From Macrostomum lignano (taxonomy: Eukaryota), in the NCBI GenBank assembly GCA_002269645.1, contig NIVC01002275.1, positions 1 through 64,000 on the forward strand: 64,000 nt of DNA, written 5' to 3'. This document shows positions 1-42,200 of this stretch, piece after piece. The translations under genes and the position numbers were made by a program. Below the pieces are notes generated by a model. That model did not search any database. It was not told the origin of the DNA and saw only the letters and a list, made by a program, of their open reading frames with translations. Within the stretch, counting starts at the first letter, position 1. Each line of letters begins with the position of its first letter.

Positions 1-15202
<15,202 letters not shown>

Positions 15203-18200
15203 CGAGCCTTGTCGTGGGCTAAATATCGATAAATTACGCACATATTTGGTACACCACTAACTGATAATTAATAGCATTTTTCCTTTACGTTTGGCGTTTT
15301 GTTTTGCAGACCATGGTAACTGCATGAGAGGGTGCGCGATTTTTCTGTGTCACTCGTGTTTTGTTGTTCTCTTTTCTATTGATCTGTGTATATTTTTCAT
15401 AAATAGAATTCATTTTTTAGCTGCTAAGAGGCCTCTTTTAATGCCTTAGTAATTCGTATTTTCAGTAGTTTTATTATTATTATTAAACCAACAAGACATA
15501 TCTTGTCGCTTTATTCTATATATTATAATCTAACCTCTCTCGGTTATGCTGATAGCTTTAAATATTCTGTAATCAGTTTTTTTTACTTCAAAGACTTTCA
15601 TTTTCTTACCTTATTATTGTTGCTGTATTGATATATGAAACCGCCAACTGCAGACGGTAGCTATTAAGACCAGGGTGGAAATCATTGTTTTTTTATACAA
15701 AACGAAGCACCAATCGAAAATGCCTTGATTATAAACATATATATATATACATATATTATATATATGTCAATTGATGCCTTTGACTTACATTGTGAGTTTT
15801 GCATTCGCTTAGTTTATACCACACGGTCTTCTATTTTGCAGTTGCAAAAATTGATTATGTATTGGAATTGTGCACCAGCTAATTTTGTCTATCTCGATAT
15901 TTGGCCTTCAAAAGTTTTTCTAACTATGCGCGCATGGTTAGCCAGCGTTTTTTTGTATTTTTCTGTGCCTATTTCTTGTAAATAGTTGATATTTTGCAAA
16001 TTAAATACACAAAACACCCTCAGTGTTTATTACTATTACAATTTCATGTCTTGTGCACTTAAGGCGGATTGCCAAATTTAAAATATTCCTTGTTTGTTTC
16101 GTAGATAATTCCTTTTTTCGAACAAAAGACAGCGGCATGTTTCACGGTAGCTAGATTTTTTTGTTGATAATCTGAGTATCTGAGTACTAAGTCGGATTAC
16201 TAAACTTTCGACGTTTCTAGATGTGCTTCTGGCACCATAAAGTTCCGGCAGATTATTTAAAATGGAAACCTCATCTATGCCGGTATATCCTATCGAATGC
16301 GCGATACTTGTTATGGGTAGGCTGCCTGGGTTGAAACGCGATTGAAACGCTCTACATTTGTCCGCCGTCACTGTCTATGGTCAAAGCAAATCTGCTCACG
16401 ACTGATTTAAGCATGGGTAAAATTGGATAACTTTTCGTCTCAGTATATTTCACTGCGAGAGCAAACACAACATGAATGAAACACGAAATAAACGAAAGAA
16501 TTCAGTAAATAACATGGTTGCAAACACCCTCTTGCAACTAACTATCCAACCTACCCGTGGTTGGATAGTTCATCAATAGTTACCTCAAATACATGGTCGT
16601 AGTTTGAAACTGCAATCCACGACACATCTGTCTAGCGTGGTGTAATGTTGAATGTGCTTGGATTGGACAATTCTGCGTCAATCAACTGCTGCTGTCTTAC
16701 GCTCAGACCTGTCCACTGACTAACTTCTTCACCAGGATCACGATGTCCAAATAAGTTGCTGCAGAAACGCAATCTCATTCATTTCTATACCGCTAATATC
16801 TTCCTCTAGTATTGATTCCCAGTGAAAAATGGCTAGTTACGAACCTTTAAAGCTGTTTAAATCTTATTTTTCTCTCGACCCACCCACCAGGAGAAGAATG
16901 CTTCAAACTCTATTTGGGTTTCAACCATAGACAGTCTCCGCGGACTGCGAAACCGCCACTAAGCATATAGCTAAAGCTTTTTCAACCATAGACAGTTTCT
17001 GTGGACGTGAAACCGCGTTGTGCGTCCTCAACAGCCAGACTGATATTAATATATTATACGGTCTGTTATGCAGTCTAATTAAATATACTAAGTTTCCAAT
17101 TTGTATTTTCTTCAAAAAATATATAATGACGTCACGCTAGAGGATTCTCTGAAATCAAAACTCAGCAAGGAAGTATACCACAACGGAAAGCCTTTTAAGT
17201 AGGATTCGGCAAATCAGTTCACAGTATAATTTTCATTTTAATTTTAATTTTAATGTCAGGTTGTAGTTCAAAGCTTTTTCATCTTATTTAATTTTGAAAT
17301 CCTCGACGGATTAAGTTACAACGTCGTTATTACGGATACACACGAAAACTAAGTAACATTTCAAATGTGAATAAAAACGCTTAATTCTATAATAATCGCG
17401 TGAATTATGCTTCGTCGCGTGAATTATGCTCAAGTTCGTGGCAGTGGCAGTGGCAGGCGGGGCCTAACTACAGTAGCGCAACCTGAATTTCTTTGTGGGG
17501 GGGGGGGCAGATTCTGGAGGGTAAGGCCAGGGGGGGCGAAAGGGGTGGCTCAAATCGCTTGGTTCCCCCTTTTGATTTTTTAGGTCCGTCCAAAGGTTGG
17601 GGGGCGGGCAACCTGTCGAACTTAACTGAGTTTGAATTGGCTCAATAGTCTCAACTCTGATCTGTTGAACTTGAATAATATCTGACTTTTCATTATTCAA
17701 ATTAATAGTATGTTAACCTTACCTAACATTAACAATAAAATAAAACATTCTAGGTATATTTAAAAACTTTATAGAGGAATCATATGATCTTAATACAGCC
17801 TAGGCTAGGCCCTAATATAAAAGTTAATTTTTTTTGTCTTTACTTAAAGAAAGCTATTAATTAGTTTCAAGTTAAAGTTTATACAATATTAAAAATAAAA
17901 ATAGTTAAACTTTAATAATAATTTGTTTATTATTTATTACATTAGGATTGGAGACTTAAGATTAGCCAATAAAATATTATATATTATTGATTGTGATTGT
18001 AATAAATTTGTATGTTTAATTTAATAAATATTTTTAGGAAAGAAATTTTGAAGGAACTAAGTATATAGTCCATTATTCTTAATATCTCCAAGGTCATACT
18101 AGGAAAAAAATTGTAGCAATAACACAAACACTGTGACAACAAGCAACAACAGGTTAAAGACTAGACAATAACCTCGTCAATTTATTTTTGATTTACTAAA

Positions 18201-18857
18201 ATAAGTATGATTTGTTCAAGTCAGTAGTATTATGCAAAGTACAATTCCAAATCTGCTTTGTTGTCTACTTTCTATTGGACTCTGATTTATTAACTTGCCA
18301 TGATGGCAAGGTCCCAGGGTGATTTATTGTCAACCTGTTGTCAAATTATTGTTATTAGGGGCCTAGCCTGTTATCATTGCAAAATTTTCCTAGCAAGGTT
18401 AAATTTTTCAATGAATTTATTTTATAGATTTGAATCTTTTATAAAAATTCTTTAATGGGATATCAATTTAAAAAAATTCCCAAATTGATATAAAAAAGCT
18501 TTGCTAGGGGCCTCAAGTTGTAATTGAGGTTCAGCCATCTAAAAGGGCTGCTTGATGCTTAAGAGCTATTTGTTTTTTAGATTAGTTTTTGAATAGTTTG
18601 ATTAGAATTGAATTTGGCTAACACTTGTTTGCTTCCATTTTTTTCTCCCAAATTCAGAGAATAAATGTCTTCTAGGCTACTATTTGTAGTTTGATTTCAC
18701 CTTAGACTTCTAGGTCTACTACTAAACTACTATATATAAGTAGTGTAGCAAAAACCACTTAGTGTAGCAAAATGCACACTTATAAAATTCTATTGTACAA
18801 TTAAAAATTTTGAATACTCTAAAGTATATGAGACATTTGTCTTTCTATATTTTCTAG

Positions 18858-31391
<12,534 letters not shown>

Positions 31392-31560
31392 TTAATCTAT
31401 GTAAACTAATTAAATTATAAATTTAATTGACAATTAGATATTGCCGATGCATCTAATTTACGAGCTGATAGGCCGCACAATTGCTTGTTGTCAGTGTGCA
31501 ATTACAAAGTTTTTAGCTATTTATAAGTATACAAAGTTACTATGATTATTATTTTCGTTG

Positions 31561-31575
31561 CAATAAATTTTATTG
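31561..31575. terminator. Palindromic bidirectional poly(A) signal candidate between convergent AHCYL and LAMTOR3
   Basis: CAATAAA-T-TTTATTG gives AATAAA on both strands, 170 nt after the AHCYL stop and about 770 nt after the LAMTOR3 stop. Confidence 0.45.
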
Positions 31576-32339
31576 GCAGTATATTAATTTCAGCTACTAT
31601 TAGTAGGGAAATAGTTTTTTAAGTTAAAAATTTTTATTGTTTTTTCTTCGTGTTTTTCAACCGTTGCACATATCGATGCCAGTTTTTTCCGCAGCTTTTA
31701 GATATTGAAATTTAATTATAATAAAATCCCCCATTCCGTGCAATATTGCTTCACCGTTATTATATTATAGAATTATGTGATTAATAATAATTATTAAAAA
31801 ATCATAACCTCCTTAAAATCGCCCACGCCACTTCTTTCATCACAGAAGCTGACATTTAATATATTTTCATCTGTTCACTTTTTTTCGCTGACTAATCAAG
31901 AGAATTTGAATGAACGTTTGTTAGTTTTCTTAGTGCAAGAGTGTTCTTTGTAAAAAGAAATTTTAAAATGCAGGTTTCTAAAAGCAAACGCAGCTTTTAT
32001 GATGTTTGGTGTAATAGTGTGCACGTAGCATTAGTGTAATAATGCATAATGAAATATATTTGAAATATGATATTTAAAATTGACCGACAAATATGGATTG
32101 ATAAAATCTGCATAATTAACGCCTTTTCCGTTAATTTTCATTGTTTTAAATCGATCTGACCAAGTGCCTACTAACAGTAGGCCAATAAGTGCAAAATCAA
32201 AATGAGCCCCGAAAAGGGCCGTTTTTTAATACTGCTATGGGTAAGCATTTATCAATCAAGCTTGGCCAAAATCGGAAAAAATCAATTTCCAATAAAGAAT
32301 GTTGGCAATAATCTCAGGATTAAGAAAGACTCGTTTTTC

Positions 32340-34620
32340 TCAGGCTTGCACTGAGCTGTCGCTCAGGTCAGTTGGAATGACTGTCTGCAGGCGGGCCACT
32401 TGCTCTGCGAATGCTTTGTCGCTAAGCAGGCTGCTGGCCAGGCCGATGTTGCAGCCGGGCCGCCCCACCACCGTCACCACCAGCGGCTGGCAGCTCATCT
32501 GCACTACCTGACAGGTGGGGCGAGGGCAGTCGCTAAATTATACAGCATTCACAAACATGCCCGATTCACACCTCCGGTACATGTATATATCAGCTATATA
32601 TCAGCATTCACACGAACCAATCAGCTGCATTCACACAAACCAATCAGCTACATTCACACAAATAAACCAGCTGCATTAACAGATCTAATCAGCTACATTC
32701 ACACAAACCAATCAGCTACATTCACAAATCTAATCAGATACATTCACAATAAAATCATCTGCATTCACATAGATCTAATCAGCTATATTCACACAAATCT
32801 AATCAGCTACATTCACACAAACCAATCAGCTACATTCACACTAATCAATCAGCTGCATTAACAGATCTAATCAGCTACATTCACACAAACCAATCAGCTA
32901 CATTCACAAATCTAATTAGATACATTCACAATAAAATCAGCTGCATTCACATAGATCTAATCAGCTATATTCACACATCTAATCAGCTACATTCACAAAA
33001 ATGTAATCAGATAAATTCACACAAATCTAATCAGATACATTCACACAAATCTAATCAGCTGCATTGACACAAACCAATCAGCTGCATTCACACAAATCCA
33101 ATCAGCTGCATTCACACAAACGAATCAGCTACATTTACACAAATCTAATCAGATACATTCACACAAATCTAATCAGCTACATTCACACAGATCTAATCAG
33201 CTACATTCACACAGATCTAATCAGCTACATTCACACAGATCTAATCAGCTACATTCACACAAACCAATCAGCTATATTCACACTAAAATCATCTGCATTC
33301 ACATAGATCTAATCAGCTATATTCACACAAATCTAATCAGCTACATTCACACAAAACAATCAGCTACATTCACACAAATCAATCAGCTGCATTAACAGAT
33401 CTAATCAGCTACATTCACACAAACCAATCAGCTACATTCACAAATCTAATTAGATACATTCACAATAAAATCAGCTGCATTCACATAGATCTAATCAGCT
33501 ATATTCACACAAATCTAATCAGCTACATTCACAAAAATGTAATCAGATAAATTCACACAAATCTAATCAGATACATTCACACAAATCTAATCAGCTGCAT
33601 TGACACAAACCAATCAGCTGCATTCACACAAATCCAATCAGCTGCATTCACACAAACGAATCAGCTACATTCACACAAATCTAATCACATACATTCACAC
33701 AAATCTAATCAGCTACATTCACACAGATCTAATCAGCTACATTCACACAAACCAATCAGCTATATTCACAAATATAATCAGATACATTCACAATAAAATC
33801 AGCTGTATTCACATAGATCTAATCAGCTATATTCACACAAATCTAATCAGCTACATTCACAAAAATCTAATCAGATAAATTCACACAAATCTAATCAGAT
33901 ACATTCACACAAATCCAATCAGCTGCATTCACACAAACGAATCAGCTACATTCACACAGATCTAATCAGCTATATTCACACAAATCTAATCAGCTACATT
34001 CACACAGATCTAATCAGCTACATTCACACAGATCTAATCAGCTACATTCACACCGATCCAATCAGCTAAATTCACACAAAACAATCAGCTACATTCACAC
34101 ATCTAATCAGCTACATCCACACAAATCTAAGCAGTTACATTCACACAAATCTAATCAGCTACATTCACACAAACCAATCAGCTACATTCACACAAATCTA
34201 ATCAGATACATTCACACAAATCTAATCAGATACATTCACACAAATCTAATCAGCTGCATTCACACAAATCCAATCAGCTACATTCACAAATCTAATCAGC
34301 TGCATTCACACAAATCCAATCAGCTACATTCACACAAACCAATCAGCTGCATTCACAAGAGTCCCTGTGCGAGCTCACGGTCATCTGATTGAACTGGCAG
34401 ATGGCGCAGTCTAGGGCTCCCAAGCCAGCCCTGTTCGCGTGATCCCGGCCTGACAGAAGCTGGGCACCAGGCCTCGCTTCACCACTAGATCCACCGTCCA
34501 GTGCCGCTCAGGCAAAGCGGCACTGATCAAAGGCACGCTGCAGCGATCCGACAACAATATGGCGTCAATACCGTCCAAGCTTGATAGATAGCTTTCAAAG
34601 AAACGCCGTAAGGCATCCAT
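32340..34620 (-). CDS. LAMTOR3: Ragulator subunit LAMTOR3 (MP1), two exons, 1-nt frameshift in exon 1
   Basis: Exon 1 34620-34379 (MDALRRFFESYLSSLDGIDAILLSDRCSVPLI...FCQA / DHANRAGLGALDCAICQFNQMT). Exon 2 32507-32340 (VVQMSCQPLVVTVVGRPGCNIGLASSLL...QA*). Collinear with human LAMTOR3 (MADDLKRFLYKKLPSVEGLHAIVVSDRDGVPVI...QVVQFNRLPLVVSFI). Exon 1 is 242 nt; 243 nt are needed. Confidence 0.88.
32595..34357. repeat. Minisatellite, about 24-nt unit, filling the LAMTOR3 intron
   Basis: CACACAAATCTAATCAGCTACATT variants, with duplicated multi-unit blocks. Confidence 0.95.
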
Positions 34621-35234
34621 CACACTAGGCAAGCTTGACGCGCATGCAAATAGAGAAAACCGATATGGCGCGTTATTAAATTTCGATCATAATGTCCAAA
34701 GAATTCTACTGTTTGACTATTCAGTAGTATCATAGGCGTAGAGTATGTTTAAATTTAGTTAGATACGAAAATTGAAATCTCGATTAACTGTTACATCAAT
34801 GGAATCGTTGAGTGCTTTTTAATTCTATATTTAAGGCAGTTGAAGAAAACAAATTAAATTCGCATTTATTGATCTGAACAAGGCGAGAGAAAAACAGCAA
34901 TTATTGATATAAAAACAGGAAATAATATGTATGAGCGAGTCTCACCGTGAAATATGTCTTCGAAAGAATTAAAGGTCACAGCTATTCATTTTTTCAAATA
35001 AAATACAAAATTGAACCACAGTGCAGTTGAACCACACGGAAGTGGAATTTATGAGAATTTCGACTATAAAAAAACATTAGATAAAAAATTCCACGTTCTT
35101 CGATTCAGTCGTTACCATGTGCAAATATTCTTTTAGATCTGATATGAATGTGCTTGCCAAAATAGACTCAGAGCACTCGAATGTTTCTAGGTCGCGAAAA
35201 AAAAAATATACGTTTAAAAATAAACAAATGGAAC

Positions 35235-35705
35235 TTGAGTGTACATTCGGGGGAAGGAATTGATAGGAGCTTGGGTGTACATTCGGGGGAAGGAATTGCT
35301 GGACTTGAGTGTACATTCGGGGGAAGGAATTGATAGGAATGGGTGTACATTCGGGGGAAGGAATTGATAGGAGCTTGGGTGTACATTCGGGGGAAGGAAT
35401 TGATAGGAGCTTGAATGTACATTCGGGGGAAGGAATTGATAGGAGCTTGAATGTACATTCGGGGGAAGGAATTGATAGGAGCTTGAATGTACATTCGGGG
35501 AAGGAATTGATAGGAGCTTGGGTGTACATTCGGGGGAAGAAATTGATAGGAGCTTCGGGTGTACATTCGGGGGAAGGAATTGATAGGAGCTTGAATGTAC
35601 ATTCGGGGGAAGGAATTGATAGGAGCTTGGGTGTACATTCGGGGGAAGGAATTGATAGGAGCTTGGGTGTACATTCGGGGGAAGGAATTGATGAGCTTGA
35701 ATGTA
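35235..35705. repeat. Minisatellite, 36-nt unit (CPD-LAMTOR3 spacer)
   Basis: GTGTACATTCGGGGGAAGGAATTGATAGGAGCTTGG repeated. Confidence 0.95.
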
Positions 35706-36293
35706 CTTTTGGGAATAGGAATTGTTGGGCGCTTGTGCGCTTTCCTATTTTCTGAATCTAATCAGAGAAAAAAACTAAAAAAATCAAAACAATAATGAAT
35801 AAAACGATAATTGTAAACTTCGATAGGCTATGTATGAAAAAAATAATATAATGATATTCGCTAGAATAGTAGCGAAAACATATGATAGAGATTAATAATT
35901 ATACACATTACACTACTAACATGAAATCCACTGGAGGAAAAAACAGAAGTGAAGAAGTTGGAAAGCCATTTAATTATAGACAAATGTACGAGCTATCATA
36001 ATTTTTTTCACCAACTAAAATGCAGTTTTTTTTAAATTGCACTTTTTAAATTGTTTTTGGACAGAAAGCATAAAATATCATAAATATTAAGCTATATTAG
36101 TTTACCCGTAAGTTAGCTTTACACTACAGTTATAATAAATCTATTTCCCAATGAGATCCTTCCCCAATCCCCTTCCTAATATATCGTCAGCGACAAAAAA
36201 TATTTTGTAATGCTAAGCTGTCAAAATGTCAATAAAGGTCAAATTGTCACTGACAACAACAACAATAACAAAGTCACTGCCAGAGAATCAATA

Positions 36294-39200
36294 CTAGATA
36301 GCCGAGTCAACATCAATGCCATTCAAATAGACTTCTTCTGGATCGTTCGATGGCACTTTGCTGTACTGCACACCGCGATGACTGAATGCCGAGCTGGACG
36401 ACGATGCCGCAGATGCCGTCGCCGCCGCCGTTGCTGAAGATCCCGAGCCGCCGACAATCACTGGCAGAGCTGGCAGGCCGCGTTCATCGCGAAAGAGGCA
36501 ACGGCTGCGAAGAAGAAGCGCGGCCAGAGCAGCCAGGATGCACACCAGTGCCAGCACTGTCCAATGCGAGTGTTATGGACAAGCATTAGGCATTGATTGA
36601 GACCCAATCAGCCTCACTTTCAGTGCCCAATCAGCCTCACTTTCAGTGCCCAATCAGCCTCACTTTCAGTGCCCAATCAGCCTCACTTTCAGTGCCCAAT
36701 CAGCCTCACTTTCAGTGCCCAATCAGCCTCACTTTCAGTGCCCAATCAGCCTCACTTTCAGTGCCCAATCAGCCTCACTTTCAGTGCCCAATCAGCCTCA
36801 CTTTCAGTGCCCAATCAGCCTCACTTTCAGTGCCCAATCAGCCTCTTTCAGTGCCCAATCAGCCTCACTTTCAGTGCCCAATCAGCCTCACTTTCAGTGC
36901 CCAATCAGCCTCACTTTCAGTGCCTAATCAGCCTCTTTCAGTGCCCAATCAGCCTCTTTCAGTGCCCAATCAGCCTCTTTCAGTGTCCAATCAGCCTCAC
37001 TTTCAGTGCCCAATCAGCCTCAATTTCAGCGCCCATTTAGCCTCAATTTCAGTGCCCATTCAGCCTCACTTTCAGTGCCCAACTAGCGCCTTAATGTCAG
37101 TGCCGAATTAGCGTCACTTACCAACAAGCGTGACAACCGCAGCAGTGGCAGCAATATCCCTATTAACCGAGTGATCAGTGCCACTGGGATGCAAATAGAA
37201 CTGAGCCAAATCCAAGCTAGCAATAGCCAGAGCAGCTTGGCTAACACGATAGATATCAGTATGATTAACGTAGCCAGCAGCTGCTAATCGGAGGGAATAG
37301 ACACCGGGAGACAATAGAAAATAGAATTCGCCATTCGGATTAGTCAGCCGACTGTATGGCACCCCATCGATGCTCACGCTGGCTGCAACAATCGGCTTGC
37401 CATCTCTCGAATCAGTCAGCCGACCTCGGATGCCAATAAGTAGCTGAAAAGTTTGTTTATATTTTGTTTTATTTAAAAAAATGACAAAATACTTGTTAGC
37501 GTTTTTGCTACGAGTACGCTACTTATATAGTAGCGCGTAAAGGATGTTCCGAGTATTTTAAGGATAGAACAGTTAAAAATTATAAAAAAATTTATGTAAG
37601 TACAATGTGACTCAAAAGTACCTGGAAACTAGGATTACAAATTAAGGAATTAAGTGATTATAACACTTAAATAATAGAATCACTAATTAAGGAATTAACA
37701 CCTGAATAATAGGATCACTAATAAAGGAATTAACACCTGAATAATACATAGGATCAATAATTAAGGGATTAACACCTGAATAATAGAATCACTAATTAAG
37801 GGATTAACACCTGAATAATAGGATCACTAATTAAGGGATTAACACCCGAATAATAGGATCACTAATAAGGGATTAACACCTGAATAATAGAATCACTAAT
37901 TAAGGGATTAACATCTGAATAATAGGATCGCTAATTAATGTAATAACACCTAAATAATAAAAATCACTAATTAAGGGATTAACATCTGAATAGGATCGCT
38001 AATTAATTTATTAACACCTAAATAATAAAAATCACTAATTAAGGTATTAACACCTGAATAATAGGATCGCTAATTAAGGGATTATTACACAGATAATGAG
38101 ACCGCTAACAAAGGAATAATTCAATTGAACTCAACTACTCCAGGAGATTACTACCACCCTAACACGCATACGCGAATCATACTACTTACAGCGGCAGACA
38201 GAGAGTGCAACAAAGCGTCGGAATTAGCCGCCCACGCAATCATAGACGAAGAGTCCGCAGATTTGCAACAGTTGGGCGCCGCAGCGGCCAATTGTAAATC
38301 TAATCCAGTCTGATTTAATCTCACGCCTAAGCAGCGCAGAATTGGCGCCGATTCTGTAGTACAAGCGGCGCCAGGCGCCAATGGAGGCCGACTTGAGCTG
38401 GACAATCGATGACACCGATCAATAGTATACCGTCTGGCAGATACGGGCAGTCTCGTATTGACTGACTCCGCCATAGCAACAGCGTTAGAAGCATCGGGAC
38501 CGGCCATAACCACAGCAATTCTAACATCATCCTTGGCATTGTTATAATCGGCAGCTTGGAATATTTGCATCGACTCGGGATTGGAATTCTTATTAGTACT
38601 ATTATTAGTAGTATCGCTGCAAGCTGGTGCGGATTTAGTAACAATCAAACGCAGCCGATCCAAACCCGCGGCCAATTCGTTCAGACGAAAATCTCGGCCA
38701 CTATCGGCTTGGCGACACAGCTGCACTGCGAGGCCTAACAGAAGGCGAGGGTGCGACTGGGTTGCCAGGGTAGCTCGGGGCCTACTGGCTGCAGAGTCTG
38801 CTTCTGCTGCTGCTATACCGCTGCTGCTGTTCGAGTTGAAGAAGTCCAAACGGAACTGGGACTGATCTGGGAAGCTGGCAAGAGTGGGATGCATGACTTG
38901 GTTCAGGGGCGATTCTTCAGGTAGGGTTCAGGTGTGATTCTTCAGGTAGGGTTCAGGTTTTCTAAAAAGCACTTTTAAAGGCTGTACGCATTTGTCCCAG
39001 CTGAACTGCACACTGCGATCAGTGCAATTGAGTAAACAAAGAGGAACAAAGACTCGTAAATAATTTCGTCATGTTATGACTGCTGCAAGCACGAGAAGAA
39101 CACAGCTTCTGGAGCTGATGCGCTTGTTTAGCTTTTGCAGCAGCTTCGAGCATGACAGATTAGTGACATGATCAATGATTTATTGCGCTTCTTGAAGGCG

Positions 39201-42200
39201 ATTTAGTGCGGCTATTAAATGGCCAGGGGGCCAATTATGGAGGTCAATTAGAGAAGGGGTCAATTAGAGAGGGGGTCAGTTAGGGAAGTCAATTAGGGAC
39301 GGTTAACTAGAGGGGTCAATTACTTCATAGAAAGTGTAGATTGATTGGGGGTCAATAAGGGATGATAAAAGGTAAACTAGGGACAGTTCGATAAGGGAGG
39401 TGGTTAATTAGAGGGTGTCAATTAGAGGGGTCAATTAGGGGTCAATTAAGGAGAGGGCCAATTAGAGGGGTCTCGATTGGGGAGGGGTAAATTAGAAAGG
39501 AAGGGGTCAATTAGAGAGGGAGGGTCAATTAGAGAGGGAGGGGTCAATTAGAGAGGGATCGATTAGAGGGGGTCAATTAGGAAGGGGTGGCTCGTATAGT
39601 TAGGCGTCAACTAGGATTTAGTGAAGAGAACACACAACTCACAAATCAAAATGAACTCGCATCGAACAGTGCCCAGTTCCAAATAGATTTTGCAATTTTG
39701 CCATCGTCTCAGATCGACTACCAGATTGAGCCAGCAGGTCATTCAACAACGCCTCAGTCACTTCGTCCATGGAAGTCGACAGTCCGCCTTGTTGCAGTCG
39801 AAACTCCAATATTGACGCCGGAACCGACTCTCGAGAATAGGACGACAAAGAATTACAAGCGTAGCCTTTAGAGCAGGCTGTGAGGACAGAGTGGGAGCTA
39901 CGATTGGCTAATACGCAGAATCTACCAGCAGCTGCCAGACTGGCAGAGGCTGATGAATACACCAGCCTGTTGGATGGTGTCTGGTCGACACCGAGCCACA
40001 TGGTGACAGAGTTGCTACCGGCTGATGATGCTGCTGTTGTTGCCAGGGGAATTGGAGAGCCAGTTTTCGCGTCGAGAATTCGACCGCATGCCACTGGGGA
40101 GTGGGGGTTTGGAAAACAGGATTAATAGCAGAGATTGAGAAAACCATCAATTCGTTCACATGCTACAATTTTAGCTTTCAAGGCACGGACTCAAACTTTT
40201 ATACAAGTTGTCAAGATAATGAAACTGAGGAGGCTGGCCCAGCAACTGAGGATCTAAAAGTCTGGCCCAGAAATTGAGGATCTGGGAGGCTGGCCCAGCA
40301 GCTGACACTCTGGGAGGCTGGCCCAGCAACTGACACTGGGAGGCTAGCCCAGCAATTGAGATCTGAGAGGCTGGCCCAGCAACTGACACTCTGGGAGGCT
40401 GGCCCAGCAATTGAGATCTGGGAGGCTGGCCCAGCAATTGAGGATCTGGGAGGCTGGCCCAGCAACTGACACTGGGAGGCTAGCCCAGCAATTGAGATCT
40501 GAGAGGCTGGCCCAGCAACTGACACTCTGGGAGGCTGGCCCAGCAATTGAGATCTGGGAGGCTGGCCCAGCAATTGAGGATCTGGGAGGCTGGCCCAGCA
40601 ACTGACACTGGGAGGCTGGCCCAGCAACTGACACTGGGAGGCTGGCCCAGCAACTGACACTGGGAGGCTGGCCCAGCAGCAGACACTCTGGGAGGCTGGC
40701 ACAGCAACTAAGTAATTTGATGCACTATTTATATTAAGTAGTATGCTAGACTTATTATTGTATTTATAAAGGGTCAGTGGATTACCGTATCGCTTGTAGA
40801 AGTTGGTCAGAACATTTAACAGTGCCAGCTGATTGTCTCTGTACAGGCCGGGCAGACTACCAGCAGCCGGTGTAGAACAGCTGTTTAATCGGAGCGACAT
40901 CTGCGAAAAATTTATTGTGCAATTCAATTAATAAATATAATTTTACTGAGGACTGCATTGAGGATCTGGGATCACAGAATTACATTGAGGATCTGTGGGA
41001 CTCTATTGAGGATCTTGGGATTTTATTGGGGATCTGGGGATTCTATTGAGATCTGGGGATTCTATTGAGATCTGGGGATTCTATTGAGATCTGGGGATTC
41101 TATTGGGGATCTGGTGATTCTATTGAGATCTGGGGATTCTATTGAGATCTGGGGATTCTATTGAGGATCTGGGGATTCTATTGAGATCTGGGGATTCTAT
41201 TGAGATCTGGGGATTCTATTGAGATCTGGGGACTCTATTGAGGATCTGGGGATTCTATTGAGGATCTGGGATTCTATTGAGGATCTGGGGATTCAATTGA
41301 GGATCTGGGGATTCAATTGAGGATCTGGGGATCTATTGAGGATCTGGGGATTCTATTGAGGATCTGGGGATTCTATTGAGGATCTGGGATTCTATTGAGG
41401 ATCTGGGGATTCTATTGAGGATCTGGGGATTCTATTGAGGATCTGGGATTCTATTGAGGATCTGGGGATTCTATTGAGGATCTGGGATTCTATTGAGGAT
41501 CTGGGATTCTATTGAGGATCTGGGGATTCTATTGAGGATCTGGGGATTCTATTGAGGATCTGGGATCTGGGGATTCTATTGAGGATCTGGGATCTGGGGA
41601 TTCTATTGAGGATCTGGGGATTCTATTGAGGATCTGGGATCTGGGGATTCTATTGAGGATTTGGGATCTGGAGATTCTATTGACGATCTGGGATCTGGAG
41701 ATTCTATGGAGATCTGGGATCTGGGGATTCTATCGAGGATTTGGGATCTGGGGATTCTATTGACGATCTGGGATCTGGAGATTCTATTGAGATCTGGGAT
41801 CTGGGGATTCTATTGAGAGCTAAAAAGGTGAAGTGTAGAGCTCACAGACGCAGCGCCAAGACTATTCTGAAAGTGGTTCAACAACTGCAGCTCTCTAGAG
41901 TCGCCACCGCCTCCAACCGTGACCGCAGAGTCAGCAATCGGTCTAACCAAAGCTCCATCAACCAGCTTGCTGGAGATGAAGTGCTTAGCCAAAGATTTAA
42001 CCAATCTAACAACAGTGCTCAAATTCTGCGATAGATCAGTCGATGCCAATCTTGCAATACTCGAGTCGTTAGTGAACCCAGTCCGAAGCGCCATAAATAG
42101 TACTGGCGAAGTCAATTGCTCAGTAGAGTTTTGCATGACAGACACTAGCGATTCCACAGCTGTAGCGGAGCTCAACAACTCAGTGTTAGAGCAATCAGCT

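Noticed and set aside
16078-16371. 97-aa ORF faintly resembling the end of a Penelope GIY-YIG endonuclease
   Set aside because: The similarity (ESLVI) is too weak and there is no adjoining RT.
17127-17134. CRE palindrome TGACGTCA upstream of AHCYL
   Set aside because: A single 8-mer with no mapped TSS, so it cannot be supported as regulatory.
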